Shown here piece after piece: positions 26,802-38,121 of a stretch of 64,000 bases of DNA. The notes beneath the pieces are model-generated. The model had not been told where the DNA came from. It did no database searches and saw only the letters and a program-made list of their open reading frames with translations. Source of the DNA: Thalia democratica (Eukaryota); the NCBI GenBank assembly GCA_965202585.1, contig OZ241832.1, positions 30,070,001 through 30,134,000 of the forward strand, written 5' to 3'. The position numbers and the translations under genes are program-made. Positions within the stretch are counted from its first letter, which is position 1, and every line of letters starts with the position of its first letter.

Positions 26802-29800
26802 CTTAAATAAAAAATTATTACCATCAATCACTTTAAATTCGGTGTTAAATACAAAGTAAACATAAAATTCATTGTTTTTTACTAAAATTAAATGTAGTAG
26901 GTCATAATTTATGAACTTTTTACTAATCCACCACAAGCTTTTTACTGATTTTAAAAACTCTAAATATTTTTTAAAACCAAAGTAAGGTAGACCAATTGAA
27001 ACATTTTATGAAAAATACAATTCAAATGAACAAAAAACTATTCAATTTGTAGTCTATCTTCTTGCCTAACTTTAGAGTATAATTTTTAAACTAATTTAGT
27101 CTAGATTTTACTAAAAGAAAGTATTAATTTATTAATTTTTATGTTTGTTAGATTAATTTTTTTCTTGCAAAAGTATTATATTTTTTTTTTACTAACTAAG
27201 ATTTTTTGTTTATATTTACACTAAGAATCGTTTTGTATGATTAAATAAAATATACAAAATAATTTTCCTGAAAACTTCAACATATTTAGCTCCAAACAAA
27301 TAAGAAATATATGTTTGTTTTTAAAAATTTACTGTTAGTAAAAATTATATAGCTACTTACAAGTTCTAACAATAAAAACCAAGATAAAACTTACTATAAA
27401 AGATACATTTCAATTGTATTTACAGTTATTCGTATATATGTATAAATAAAACTAACTTTCATTTAATACCTTGCTATTTCCAATTTGATCCATTTTAAAA
27501 CTAAAATTTGGTTAAATATTATTTAATAGTTCATTTTCTGTAAAAGTATCATTTAAGTACATCACTGAATAGTATATTTTGTGATTATATCCAAAGTTCT
27601 CATAAGGAGAGTAAGCACAAAATAAAAAAGGTGTTTTTAGTAAAATTTGTATGCAATTAATATAAAATACAAACTTTAAATCATAACTAAAAATTTTTCA
27701 TAAATAATTTATTTAGTTTTGTTAAAAAAGTTATATATAATATAAAGTAAATTTGCTTAATTTACAACTACATTTTGTCTTAAAAGTATACAGAATTTAA
27801 GAAAATGAGAAAATATAGTGTTACCATTACAAACTTAAATTTTTTCAAATAAAAATACAGTAAAATGTTTAAATAAATTTCAAAATTAAGGTCATAGGTG
27901 AAGGGGTAATAATAAAATTTTATAAAATTTAATATTTTCTTTTACTATTTTTTTCTAAAAGCTATAACTATAAACTACAAGTGAGTTTTTATAGAATATA
28001 AAATTTTCAATGAATTTCAAGATGCAGATATTTTTACAAAAAGCCCCAATTGACAATTCTCTGGAAATTTATTAAATCACTCAAAGTCTATATTATTTCT
28101 AAAATGAAAACTAGAAATTTTTAGAAAATATTCCTTTAATAGTTTTAAAGATGATTTCAAGTGTTGGAATTTCTAAAAAAAGGTACATTTTTGACAACAA
28201 ACTTATTTTACAAATCCTGTTAAAGTATTGCTCATTACGATACAAATTTGCAGTTTATAAACATCATTAAATTTCAACATTTTTTTCAGAGGGTTTGTTG
28301 TGGTCAAATCGACAAACATACCTGATTACTCTTTTTTGCCTACAAACAATAGGTTTTAATTAACAGTCAGTAGCACAAAACTTTAAATAATCACTTCAAA
28401 ATTAATAAAGATCATGTTCTTAAACAAAATTGGTTATATAAATTCCAAAATATTGAAACTGTATTAACTTAATCCCATTCTAGATCTAGAAACAATCTGC
28501 GCTGATATTTCTTTAGCCTGATTGTGTGGCAACCCAGATTTAAGAAATAAGCCTTGTTTAATAAAAATTTAAACAAAGAAAAATATAAACTTCAACCACT
28601 GAATTGTTGACACTGCATAAAGGTTATGGCTCGAATGTCACTGCTCAAAAACTGATCAGTATATTTGGTTGTAAACTTCACAAGAAACATTTGTCAGATG
28701 TTTTTGCTTTAATTTTTTTTTTCTATTAACTCTAACTTTAGTTGTATCAGATAAATTTCAAACTGTTTTTTTTTATCTCCAGTGTCCAGGACAATGCTAA
28801 CCCTTTTGGTCAGACAGTAAACAATTAAATTTTAATTATGAACAAAATTATTGTCATAAATACAATACTACTTATACTAATAAACAAAAATAAAATAACA
28901 GAAAAATAAACAAATGCAGACTTTTTTTTTCACAAGTACTTTTGTTTATTCAAAACATTTTCAAGTTAAAAACAGCTTATTCAAGTAGAACGTTTAGCTG
29001 CATCAGTATTTTCACGCTCTCATTCTGGGAATAAAATACTTAAACTCAAGATTTAAAAAATGAAAGATGTCATTTTGTCATAGAAGTAAAATAATTTTAA
29101 AGCAATATGTTAACATAAAATTATAATGTACTGTAATGTTTTCATTCTCAAAGAAAATGTTGCTTTTTAGGTGAATTACCAAAGCTACTTTTAGTTTTAA
29201 AATTCCTTTTTGTCAGGGACACCAATTTAAAACTCAATTTTCTTAAGTCAGGGTTGCCAAAAGTTTTTCCTAAACTTATTTCAGGTTTACTGATTTCTAT
29301 AAGGTTTTAAAACAAGTTTTTTGTTTATTTTAAGTATAAAGTTAAACTTAACATATAAAACCTTTTTGAAATATTAAAAAAATTTAAAGTTATATATGAT
29401 ACAAAATTTTTTAATCTTTAAGAGAAATTTTTGGTATCTAGTCAAAATTTTCATATTTTACACATGCAATTAGTTTTAAGATTTTCATTGGGTTTTTTGT
29501 TCAAAGTTCAAGGTTTTTTTATTTTATTTCTCTAGTTCAAGGATTTTAGGTTTTTTGGAAACCGTGTAAATTGATGATTTACAACTACAAGCTAAAATAT
29601 AAAAAACCTTACTTATAGTTTTTTATAAAACCTTCAGTAGTTTATTAAAGCTTAGAAGCCCTTTTTTACATGTCTATATACAGCAATAATTTAAAAATGT
29701 AAATTTTAGTTAAAAATCGAAAATGTATTAAAGGTTTTGTTTACTACAGTATTAAAAGGAAGCTTAATCATTATCCAGTATTCTGACATTTCCGAAAAAT

Positions 29801-31942
29801 TCAGACAATCTAAAAACTGTTAGAAAAACGATTATAGTTAGTTTTAAATTCTAAAATTTGACAAATACCTTTCTCAGAGCTCTAGAAATCGGCCACTTAA
29901 ACGTTTAAAACGGATAAATAAGTTTTTATACTGTTCTTGTCTTTCAAAAAAACCACCTTACTAGAAAATCATTTGTAGAGTTATATTGTAGTGTACAACC
30001 ACACTAAAAACTATAGTTAAATGTAAACTTACTAACACCAAGAGCTAATTTTCAATAATACTTAGGGCTTCTCTATATAAAACTAGGCATGACAATAAAT
30101 GAACATGTTAAAGTAAAGAACAATTGCAAACACTAACAAACAAATGTATAAAGAACATCAAAGATTCTTTAAATGTAGTCAAAACTTTTACATAAGAATT
30201 AAATCTAACAGTAGTTATATTTTGAGAATATTCAAATTAAAATGGAAATTAACTGCTTGAAACTAAAATAATAAAAATATATATGAGAAGAAAACATTGT
30301 TAAATAAAAGTTTACACAAAACAATCAAACAACATAAATGTCTATTCTTAAACAACATGTTAACTGCAGCAGGCTGTGGCTAGAATGCCCAAATTAATCT
30401 CTGTGGATCGTTATACAGCAATGTTTTTAACTTCTTTCAACATTAAATCAGGAATTTCTTATGTGCTCTTTATTTACTCCTTATTTTAAATTGCATCAGT
30501 ATAAAACTTGACCTTGCGAGCTTTCTCTTAAACGCTTGGATGAATAAGGACTTTAGCTCAAAACTTTCCATAAAATTTAAACAGCTTTTAAGTGCAATTT
30601 GATATCCTGTTATATGAAAAATATAACTAAAATTTTTATAAAGACAACTAGAGAATTAATAGTTTTTTTTTTACTTATTAAAATACAGAATATATTTGCA
30701 GCCCGTCGTAGCTTTGTAAACTTTCATTACAAATAAGTTAAAGTTTGTTCAGTAACAAAGTTGCAGTTACATAGTTATACTGACACTTTGAAAGCTTAAA
30801 AATATATCAAAACTATATTACAGATTCAAAATAACAGTTCAGGTTGTTACAATAGAATTCGAATGAGGTATTTTCGCTTAGTTATCAATGTTAAAACCTT
30901 CAGTTTCCTGATTAAAGCTAGTATTATTATCAGTCTTTTAATCAAGTCTTTTGTCAAAACCGTACACAACTAATAAAAAAGCTTGATGTTGTTAAGATTC
31001 TGCGTTTTAAATATTTTATACTGGATAGCTTGACTAAATTATTATAAACAATTGTATTATTTTTTTTAACTACATACACAACATCAAATAAAAAAGACAT
31101 GTTAGTAGAACAAATAAACAATAACAATTTTGTAAACTGTTTATAAGTTGGTCTGTTTACTATTTTATAAATCATATATACACAGTTTATGGCATTGTAA
31201 GCCTTAAAGTCTGATTGATGATATTAAACAAAGTTTCGATCAAAAAACAAAATTGCTTGTACTTTGTATGTATACAAATGTGTATTATTAGCTTCTTATC
31301 TGGTGCCTAAACTCAATCAAAAGTTCTTATGCTTAAGAAATAAAACATAACTTATTCCGATGGGAACGGGTGTAAATTGCACGAAGACAGAATTGCACGA
31401 GTGTACGAAATTGCACAAAGCCAAAATTGCACGAGGGCATAAAATTACACGAGTGAACAAAATTGCAGACGTAGACGATTTTGCACAAAGGGTCAATCTT
31501 GCACGAGTTACAATTTTGCACGTGAGTAAAAAAAATAAAGAAAAAATGAAAATAAAAGTTATAAAGAAAAAAAAACTTAAAAAAAAGTTACTGACCGAGG
31601 GTAAGGGGAAATAAAGATAGTAAAAATAAGAAATTGCTAATAAAAATTATAATTAAAAATAGTTATAATGAAATGAATAAATTAGAAAAAAAGCTACCGA
31701 CCGAGGGTAAGGGGTAAAAGTGATAGTAAAAACAAAAATAGCTAATAAAATTTATAGTTAAAAAAAAAATAAAAAAAAAAAATTAATTAGAAAATAAATA
31801 ATCTTCCGACCGAGGGTAAGAGGTAACAGTGATAGTAAAAAATTAATAAATTGAAAAAAACCTACCGCCGACCGAGGGTAAGGGTTAACAGTGATAGTAA
31901 AAAACAAATAATAATAATAAATAAAACAAGTCTTTTTCACAA

Positions 31943-31975
31943 CACAAATATATTTCAACAATTTTCTTCAGTGTG
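31943..31975 (-). ncRNA. Minimal type I hammerhead ribozyme motif in Penelope 3' terminal region (left arm)
   Basis: Reverse complement reads CACA-CTGAAGA-AA(ATTG)TT-GAAA-TATA-TT-TGTG. Confidence 0.65.
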
Positions 31976-32136
31976 ATTACAATTGTAACAAGGTAAAACA
32001 AATTTTAAACTTATATAGCCTTTTTAATTATATGAGAAATTATCAATCAATTAGTAAAAAAAACCCTAAACTATAACAAAAAATTAAAAACAACAAGGAA
32101 AACATAATTAACTGTAACATTTAAAACAAAAAAAAA

Positions 32137-33966
32137 TTAGTCTAATTTAAACAAGGATAAAGAGTAATCAAACTCTCTTTGTTTGCATAATTCTGGCTTG
32201 TCCAAGTGAATATAAATAGCTTCCATTTTAATTAAATCAAAAATGTTCGTGCAACTTCTTAAAACTTTGAACTTTGTCTCACTGTAATTATTACCACATT
32301 TAGGATTTTTTACTAAGTGCTCTGAAATTGATGATCTTTTTGTTGCGTTTAAGGTTGCAATACTCATTTTCTTCGGTTGATTTTTGATATGGTCTTTCAC
32401 GCACTTAGGTACGTGCTCTTTTATTCTTGTTTCTAAATGCCTAGATGTTTGTCCTATATAGCTGTTTGCGCAACAGCATTTATACGTGTATACCACGCAA
32501 CTTTTGTGCTTGTAGGATATTAGATCTTTACCTCTAGGATTTAGGATAGCAGTAGATGTAAAAATTACTCTTGGTTTAGAAGCATGGTAAACTTTTTCTG
32601 TCATATTCTTGATATCTCTTTCAACTTGTTTTGATTTTTCACCCACATAGGGCAAAATTAATAGAACAGGACATTTCTCTGGTCCATAAGGTTTTGTGTA
32701 CTTTAGTCTTCTCAATTCAGTTTTGAATACCCTATCAATCAACGGATTAGGGTATCCATTCTTTATTAGTAATTCTTTTATAACCTTAAGTTCATTCTGA
32801 AATACTTCTGGCGAACATATTTTATTTGCTCTATGAAATAGGGTTTTAATCAAACCAATTTTTCTTCTTTTACTGCAATAAGATTGAAAATTAAGGTATT
32901 GACCAGTAAATGGTTTTCTGAAAATAGACGTTATGAAATTATTATCCTTTCTTTTGATTAAAACATCTAAAAATGATATTTGATCATTTTCTTCATTTTC
33001 TTTTGTAAATTTAATAGCACTATGCAAAGAGTTCAACCTCTCAAACAATAAATTACTAACTTTTACACTATCACTGATAACAAAACAATCATCCACAAAT
33101 CTCATGTACTTACAATTTGAATCGAATTCTGGTAGAACTTTGTATTCAAGATAGCCCATAAATATGTTTGCCAATGTAGGTCCTAATGGGGAACCCATGG
33201 CAATACCATCAATTTGTCGGTATAATATATTATTAAAACTGAATTCAACTTCTTCTGTTGCGAGTCTCATTAGTCGAACAAAATTACTTCTTTTCAGAGT
33301 CGGATTTTCAAGGTTATATAACATTTCTGCACAAATATCTATCACTTCATTTAAAGGTACACTTGTAAAAAGACTTTTTACATCAAAAGAACAAAGAAAC
33401 GTGTCTTTAGCTCCCCGGAGTTTTAAGTCATCTACAAACTTGAAAGAGTCTTTTACAATATATCTAGAAAAATACTTCAACACAGGATCTAAAAGACTAT
33501 TTAAGTATCTTGCCAATTCATGTTGTGGAGATCTTATCATAGAAAGTATAGGCCTCAGAGGTATATCCACTTTGTGTAGTTTTGGTAAACCATATAAACG
33601 AGGTCTTATGGAACCTACCGGTCTAATTAAATTATAATGTTCTTGAGAAAGTTCATTTTTATCAACCAAATCTTTTAATATTTGAATAATTTTCTTTTCC
33701 AACTTAACTATAGTTAGCTTTTCTCCTACAGGACCTATTTTCAAAAACTTCTTCTCATCATTAATTATGTTCAACATTTTAGAATTATAGTCCTCTTTAT
33801 TAAGAATTACGATTCCTGAACCTTTGTCAGGTTTGGTAATGACAATATGTTCATTACTTTTAATCTTAGTCAGGCTACTTATGATTTCTTTTGAATTAAT
33901 TACAGAACTATGTTCTGGCTTAAGTTTGCAAAAGTTGTGTGCAACTGAGACTAAGTTTGCTTTCAA
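32137..33966 (-). CDS. Penelope-like reverse transcriptase plus GIY-YIG endonuclease (5'-truncated, upstream frameshift)
   Basis: KPDKGSGIVI, PRLYGLPKLHK..PLRPI, SFDVKSLFTSVP, QIDGIAMGSPLGPTLANIFM, RFVDDCF, YIGQTSRHLETRIKEH. The upstream motif QNLSSQKFDEKDLTALSYGMNF is out of frame by +1 at an A7 run (~34058-34064). Confidence 0.93.
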   Translation of the reverse strand: MKANLVSVAHNFCKLKPEHSSVINSKEIISSLTKIKSNEHIVITKPDKGSGIVILNKEDYNSKMLNIINDEKKFLKIGPVGEKLTIVKLEKKIIQILKDLVDKNELSQEHYNLIRPVGSIRPRLYGLPKLHKVDIPLRPILSMIRSPQHELARYLNSLLDPVLKYFSRYIVKDSFKFVDDLKLRGAKDTFLCSFDVKSLFTSVPLNEVIDICAEMLYNLENPTLKRSNFVRLMRLATEEVEFSFNNILYRQIDGIAMGSPLGPTLANIFMGYLEYKVLPEFDSNCKYMRFVDDCFVISDSVKVSNLLFERLNSLHSAIKFTKENEENDQISFLDVLIKRKDNNFITSIFRKPFTGQYLNFQSYCSKRRKIGLIKTLFHRANKICSPEVFQNELKVIKELLIKNGYPNPLIDRVFKTELRRLKYTKPYGPEKCPVLLILPYVGEKSKQVERDIKNMTEKVYHASKPRVIFTSTAILNPRGKDLISYKHKSCVVYTYKCCCANSYIGQTSRHLETRIKEHVPKCVKDHIKNQPKKMSIATLNATKRSSISEHLVKNPKCGNNYSETKFKVLRSCTNIFDLIKMEAIYIHLDKPELCKQREFDYSLSLFKLD

Positions 33967-34793
33967 AGCAACTTCATCCTGTTTTGAACTTGGCTGGAGT
34001 TTTAAAAGTTGATTTAAATATTTCTCAAATCCTAAATAAGTAGCAACTTGATCAACCTTTTTTTGCTGGGAGTGAAAAATTCATTCCATAGCTTAACGCA
34101 GTCAAGTCTTTTTCATCAAATTTTTGAGAAGATAAGTTTTTGACACTTTGCTTGGTGAAGTGTTTCATAGAGCAAATAAAATATGTTCGCCAGAAGTATT
34201 TCAGAATGAACTTAAGGTTATAAAAGAATTACTAATAAAGAATGGATACCCTAATCCGTTGATTGATAGGGTATTCAAAACTGAATTGAGAAGACTAAAG
34301 TACACAAAACCTTATGGACCAGAGAAATGTCCTGTTCTATTAATTTTGCCCTATGTGGGTGAAAAATCAAAACAAGTTGAAAGAGATATCAAGAATATGA
34401 CAGAAAAAGTTTACCATGCTTCTAAACCAAGAGTAATTTTTACATCTACTGCTAACCTAAATCCTTTGGTAATGACAATATGTTCATTACTTTTAATCTT
34501 AGTCAGGCTACTTATGATTTCTTTTGAATTAATTACAGAACTATGTTCTGGCTTAAGTTTGCAAAAGTTGTGTGCAACTGAGACTAAGTTTGCTTTCAAA
34601 GCAACTTCATCCTGTTTTGAACTTGGCTGGAGTTTTAAAAGTTGATTTAAATATTTCTCAAATCCTAAATAAGTAGCAACTTGATCAACCTTTTTTTGCT
34701 GGGAGTGAAAAATTCATTCCATAGCTTAACGCAGTCAAGTCTTTTTCATCAAATTTTTGAGAAGATAAGTTTTTGACACTTTGCTTGGTGAAG

Positions 34794-35497
34794 TATTTCA
34801 TAGAGCAAATAAAATATGTTCGCCAGAAGTATTTCAGAATGAACTTAAGGTTATAAAAGAATTACTAATAAAGAATGGATACCCTAATCCGTTGATTGAT
34901 AGGGTATTCAAAACTGAATTGAGAAGACTAAAGTACACAAAACCTTATGGACCAGAGAAATGTCCTGTTCTATTAATTTTGCCCTATGTGGGTGAAAAAT
35001 CAAAACAAGTTGAAAGAGATATCAAGAATATGACAGAAAAAGTTTACCATGCTTCTAAACCAAGAGTAATTTTTACATCTACTGCTATCCTAAATCCTAG
35101 AGGTAAAGATCTAATATCCTACAAGCACAAAAGTTGCGTGGTATACACGTATAAATGCTGTTGCGCAAACAGCTATATAGGACAAACATCTAGGCATTTA
35201 GAAACAAGAATAAAAGAGCACGTACCTAAGTGCGTGAAAGACCATATCAAAAATCAACCGAAGAAAATGAGTATTGCAACCTTAAACGCAACAAAAAGAT
35301 CATCAATTTCAGAGCACTTAGTAAAAAATCCTAAATGTGGTAATAATTACAGTGAGACAAAGTTCAAAGTTTTAAGAAGTTGCACGAACATTTTTGATTT
35401 AATTAAAATGGAAGCTATTTATATTCACTTGGACAAGCCAGAATTATGCAAACAAAGAGAGTTTGATTACTCTTTATCCTTGTTTAAATTAGACTAA
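34794..35497 (+). pseudogene. Inverted partial copy of the Penelope ORF 3' half (thumb plus GIY-YIG)
   Basis: Translation FHRANKICSPEVF...SLSLFKLD is the same as the C-terminal part of the 32137-33966 ORF. Confidence 0.85.
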
Positions 35498-35658
35498 TTT
35501 TTTTTTGTTTTAAATGTTACAGTTAATTATGTTTTCCTTGTTGTTTTTAATTTTTTGTTATAGTTTAGGGTTTTTTTTACTAATTGATTGATAATTTCTC
35601 ATATAATTAAAAAGGCTATATAAGTTTAAAATTTGTTTTACCTTGTTACAATTGTAAT

Positions 35659-35691
35659 CACACTGAAGAAAATTGTTGAAATATATTTGTG
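35659..35691 (+). ncRNA. Minimal type I hammerhead ribozyme motif in Penelope 3' terminal region (right arm)
   Basis: Stem I CACA/TGTG, core CTGAAGA, 2-bp stem II AA/TT with ATTG loop, GAAA, palindromic TATA stem III, AUU cleavage triplet. Confidence 0.65.
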
Positions 35692-37360
35692 TTGTGAAAA
35701 AGACTTGTTTTATGTATAAAAATTAAAATTAGCAGACATATGTTTAAAATTTTAATAATAATAAATTTAAAAATATAATAAAAACATTAAATCCGTGCAA
35801 AATTGTCTTAGTGCAAATATTTCTGCTCGTGCAAAAGTTTCTTCGTGCAAAAGTATCTCCGTGCAATTTTATCTTTGTGAAATTTTATCCCTTCATGCAA
35901 AAGTGTCTTCGTGCAATTTTGAGAACTCGTGCAATTTTGTACGCTCGCGCAATTTAGACAGTTACCCTATTCCGATAGCTTTAAAACCTGCAACTATTTT
36001 GCATATATGAAGATAGATCTTTTTTAGAAGTTAATTACAACAATTTAAACTTATATTTTTGATTTATTTGTTATATCTTTGGGTAAGGTAGGTTAGTACT
36101 AACGGAAAAAAATTAAAAATAACAGGGAATATTTTTTTTACTTGTTATTACTTTTCAACTGATAACATAAATTTCAAAAAGCAAAAACAAAAAAGTTTGT
36201 TAGCAGTAAACTAAACAAAAATACATTGAGTTTTTTTTTAGAAAAGAGCAATATTTCAGGTGATTATAAAACTTTCACGTTGGCACCATACTATTTTCTT
36301 AAAACCACCACAAAACAAACTGTATTCGACCAAAAAAATACTACCTTATATTTCCTAGCTGGAACTTTTTTTTACATGTAGCAATTATCATTAAAACATA
36401 CCGTGCACAACTTAAAACGAAGAATGTTTTATGGGGGCACCGCTCAAATTTGTGGAATTTTTTTACTTTTTCAAAGTATTTTTTTTATTTTTCAGTGTTT
36501 TTTTTTCATAAAAAATAAATATTAATATTCTAATGTTAATAATTAAAAAAACACGTTTAAACCAAACTATAAAGTCTACAGAGTAGATTTAAATCTTCAT
36601 AAAAAGCTTTATCTAGTTCTTTACAATCGTTAGTTTTTATTTAGCTCTAATAAATTTAAGGGTAAATTATCTAAATAGTGCTTAATTTTACTCGACACAT
36701 TCAACTAAACATAATCACACTTAGCTTAAATTTGATTATGCAACCTTAATAATTTTAGTTTTTTACTTGAAAAATCTTAGGAGCTTTGTTAGCGATATAT
36801 TTAGGAGACGATAACTTATAATTGTTTTATTCAATTAAGAAAAGTGATAGATTGTGATTAAACAATAAACCAAACACTTTTTTTTTTGAATATTTAAATT
36901 TTTATTGTGTAGAATTAAAAAATACATTCAATTGTATAAATTTCAAAGTTGAAGCAACTTAGCTAAGTAAACTAAAACCCTTAAACGAAAATTTTCAACA
37001 TAAATGGTAAAAAAGACAGCTATAAAATAACATTGACAATTTAAGAAATTTTAAAGCAGTTTTATAACAAAATAGATTTCTTTACAATTAACATAAATGA
37101 AATACAAACGAATTTATCAGTTTTAAAATAAAAATATTTAAGAATAGCTTAAATTCACAACATTTGATAAAAACATTTTTATTCTTTTAGAAAAAAAAAT
37201 ACAATTTTTTACCTGTTTATATTTTTTACAACATCAAATATCTATCTAACAATAAAGTATTTATAGTAAACTCAAATATAATGAAGTTATGTTAACATGA
37301 ATGCAGTTCATCAAATTTTTTATTTATTTTTGCAATAAACTTGTAAACTTGTAGCTTGTT

Positions 37361-38121
37361 TTACACTTTTCTCTTCCTTATCAAGGGCAGGGCTATGAAA
37401 AGATCATCAAAAACAACTTTTTTTCCAATCTGCTTTCGAACATCTTTCTCAAATATTTTGGTTGGGATTTTATTATTAATAAGATCGCTTATTAATCTTT
37501 CAACACTGCGCAGAGCATAAATGTTTTTGCCTGATTTCACCTTCTCAGAAGCTTCGTTTTTTATTTTTTCCAAAACACTCAAACCCTTCGAAAGTTTTAC
37601 TTTTTCATATTCAACTATAGTATTACGATCGCTGAAGAAGACCCTAGCTGCTTTTTTACTTTTTACCAAGGGCAAGATTCTGTAGAGACCAGCAAAACAC
37701 ATGCCTCCTACCTGCTCTTTTACCCGTTGTTCGAAATCGTGCATTGTGATGTGTTCTTCCATCAGCTCGCTTATCAAATCTTCGACGTTGCTAGGGGCGC
37801 AGGTGTTTTTTCCCGAATACTTCTTATGATCAGCTTTGCTTCTGATTTTGAGGAGCACGTCCAATCCCCTCTGGAGTAACATTCCGTCTTCAAAGCTGCC
37901 ACTGAACAAGTTTCTGCTGGTGCTTTCTGTAACAGTACTGTCGTCTTTCCGCATTTTGCACGGAACATTCGCCTCATTGCGCTCAACTGGAACTTTTCTT
38001 TTAAATGGTGAAACGCTGTTTTCTGTGTTGGTCTTCCGACAAGTGACGTTTTGCGTTCTTCTGGAATGATCCACTGAATCAGAAGAATCCGGTGAACCGG
38101 AACGGTTTTGCCGAAGGTAAC
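37361..38121 (-). CDS. Terminal exon (253 codons) encoding two tandem ~85-aa helical repeats resembling TAFH/NHR1
   Basis: Acceptor TTCATTCAG at 38122-38130, phase 1; stop followed by AATAAA near 37325. Repeat 1 KGL/RGLDVLLKIRSK..SGKN..SNVEDLISELMEEHITMHDFEQRVKEQV..LYRILPLVK; repeat 2 KGLSVLEKIKNE..SGKN..SVERLISDLINNKIPTKIFEKDVRKQI..LFIALPLIR. ORF is certain; the TAFH call rests on recalled consensus. Confidence 0.75.

Larger units (their letters stand above)
31921..35713. mobile_element. Penelope-like retroelement in fold-back configuration
   Basis: 920-bp inverted arms (31921-32840 and 34794-35713) plus an internal 633-bp direct duplication (33832-34465 / 34465-35098); RT and GIY-YIG coding; no TSD seen. 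Confidence 0.92.
31362..35967. mobile_element. MULE-like non-autonomous element (~0.8 kb) hosting the Penelope insertion
   Basis: 9-bp TSD TATTCCGAT at 31353-31361 and 35968-35976; imperfect TIR GGGAACGGGTGTAAATTGCACG / CGCGCAATTTAGACAGTTACCC; subterminal TGCACGA arrays. 9-bp TSDs are characteristic of Mutator-like elements. Confidence 0.75.

Noticed and set aside
31333-31614. ORFs over the TGCACGA array (also 35795-36010)
   Set aside because: Translations of MULE subterminal repeats.
31590-31910. Regularly spaced GACCGAGGGTAAGGG units as a CRISPR-like array
   Set aside because: Spacers are related to each other and AT-rich; the context is a eukaryotic transposon with no cas genes.
33164-34645. 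ORFs 33164-33637, 33824-34012, 34148-34645, 34411-34599
   Set aside because: Antisense or junction-generated frames of the rearranged Penelope element.
37774-38069. ORFs 37774-37986 (-) and 37836-38069 (+)
   Set aside because: Shadows of the TAFH-like exon.
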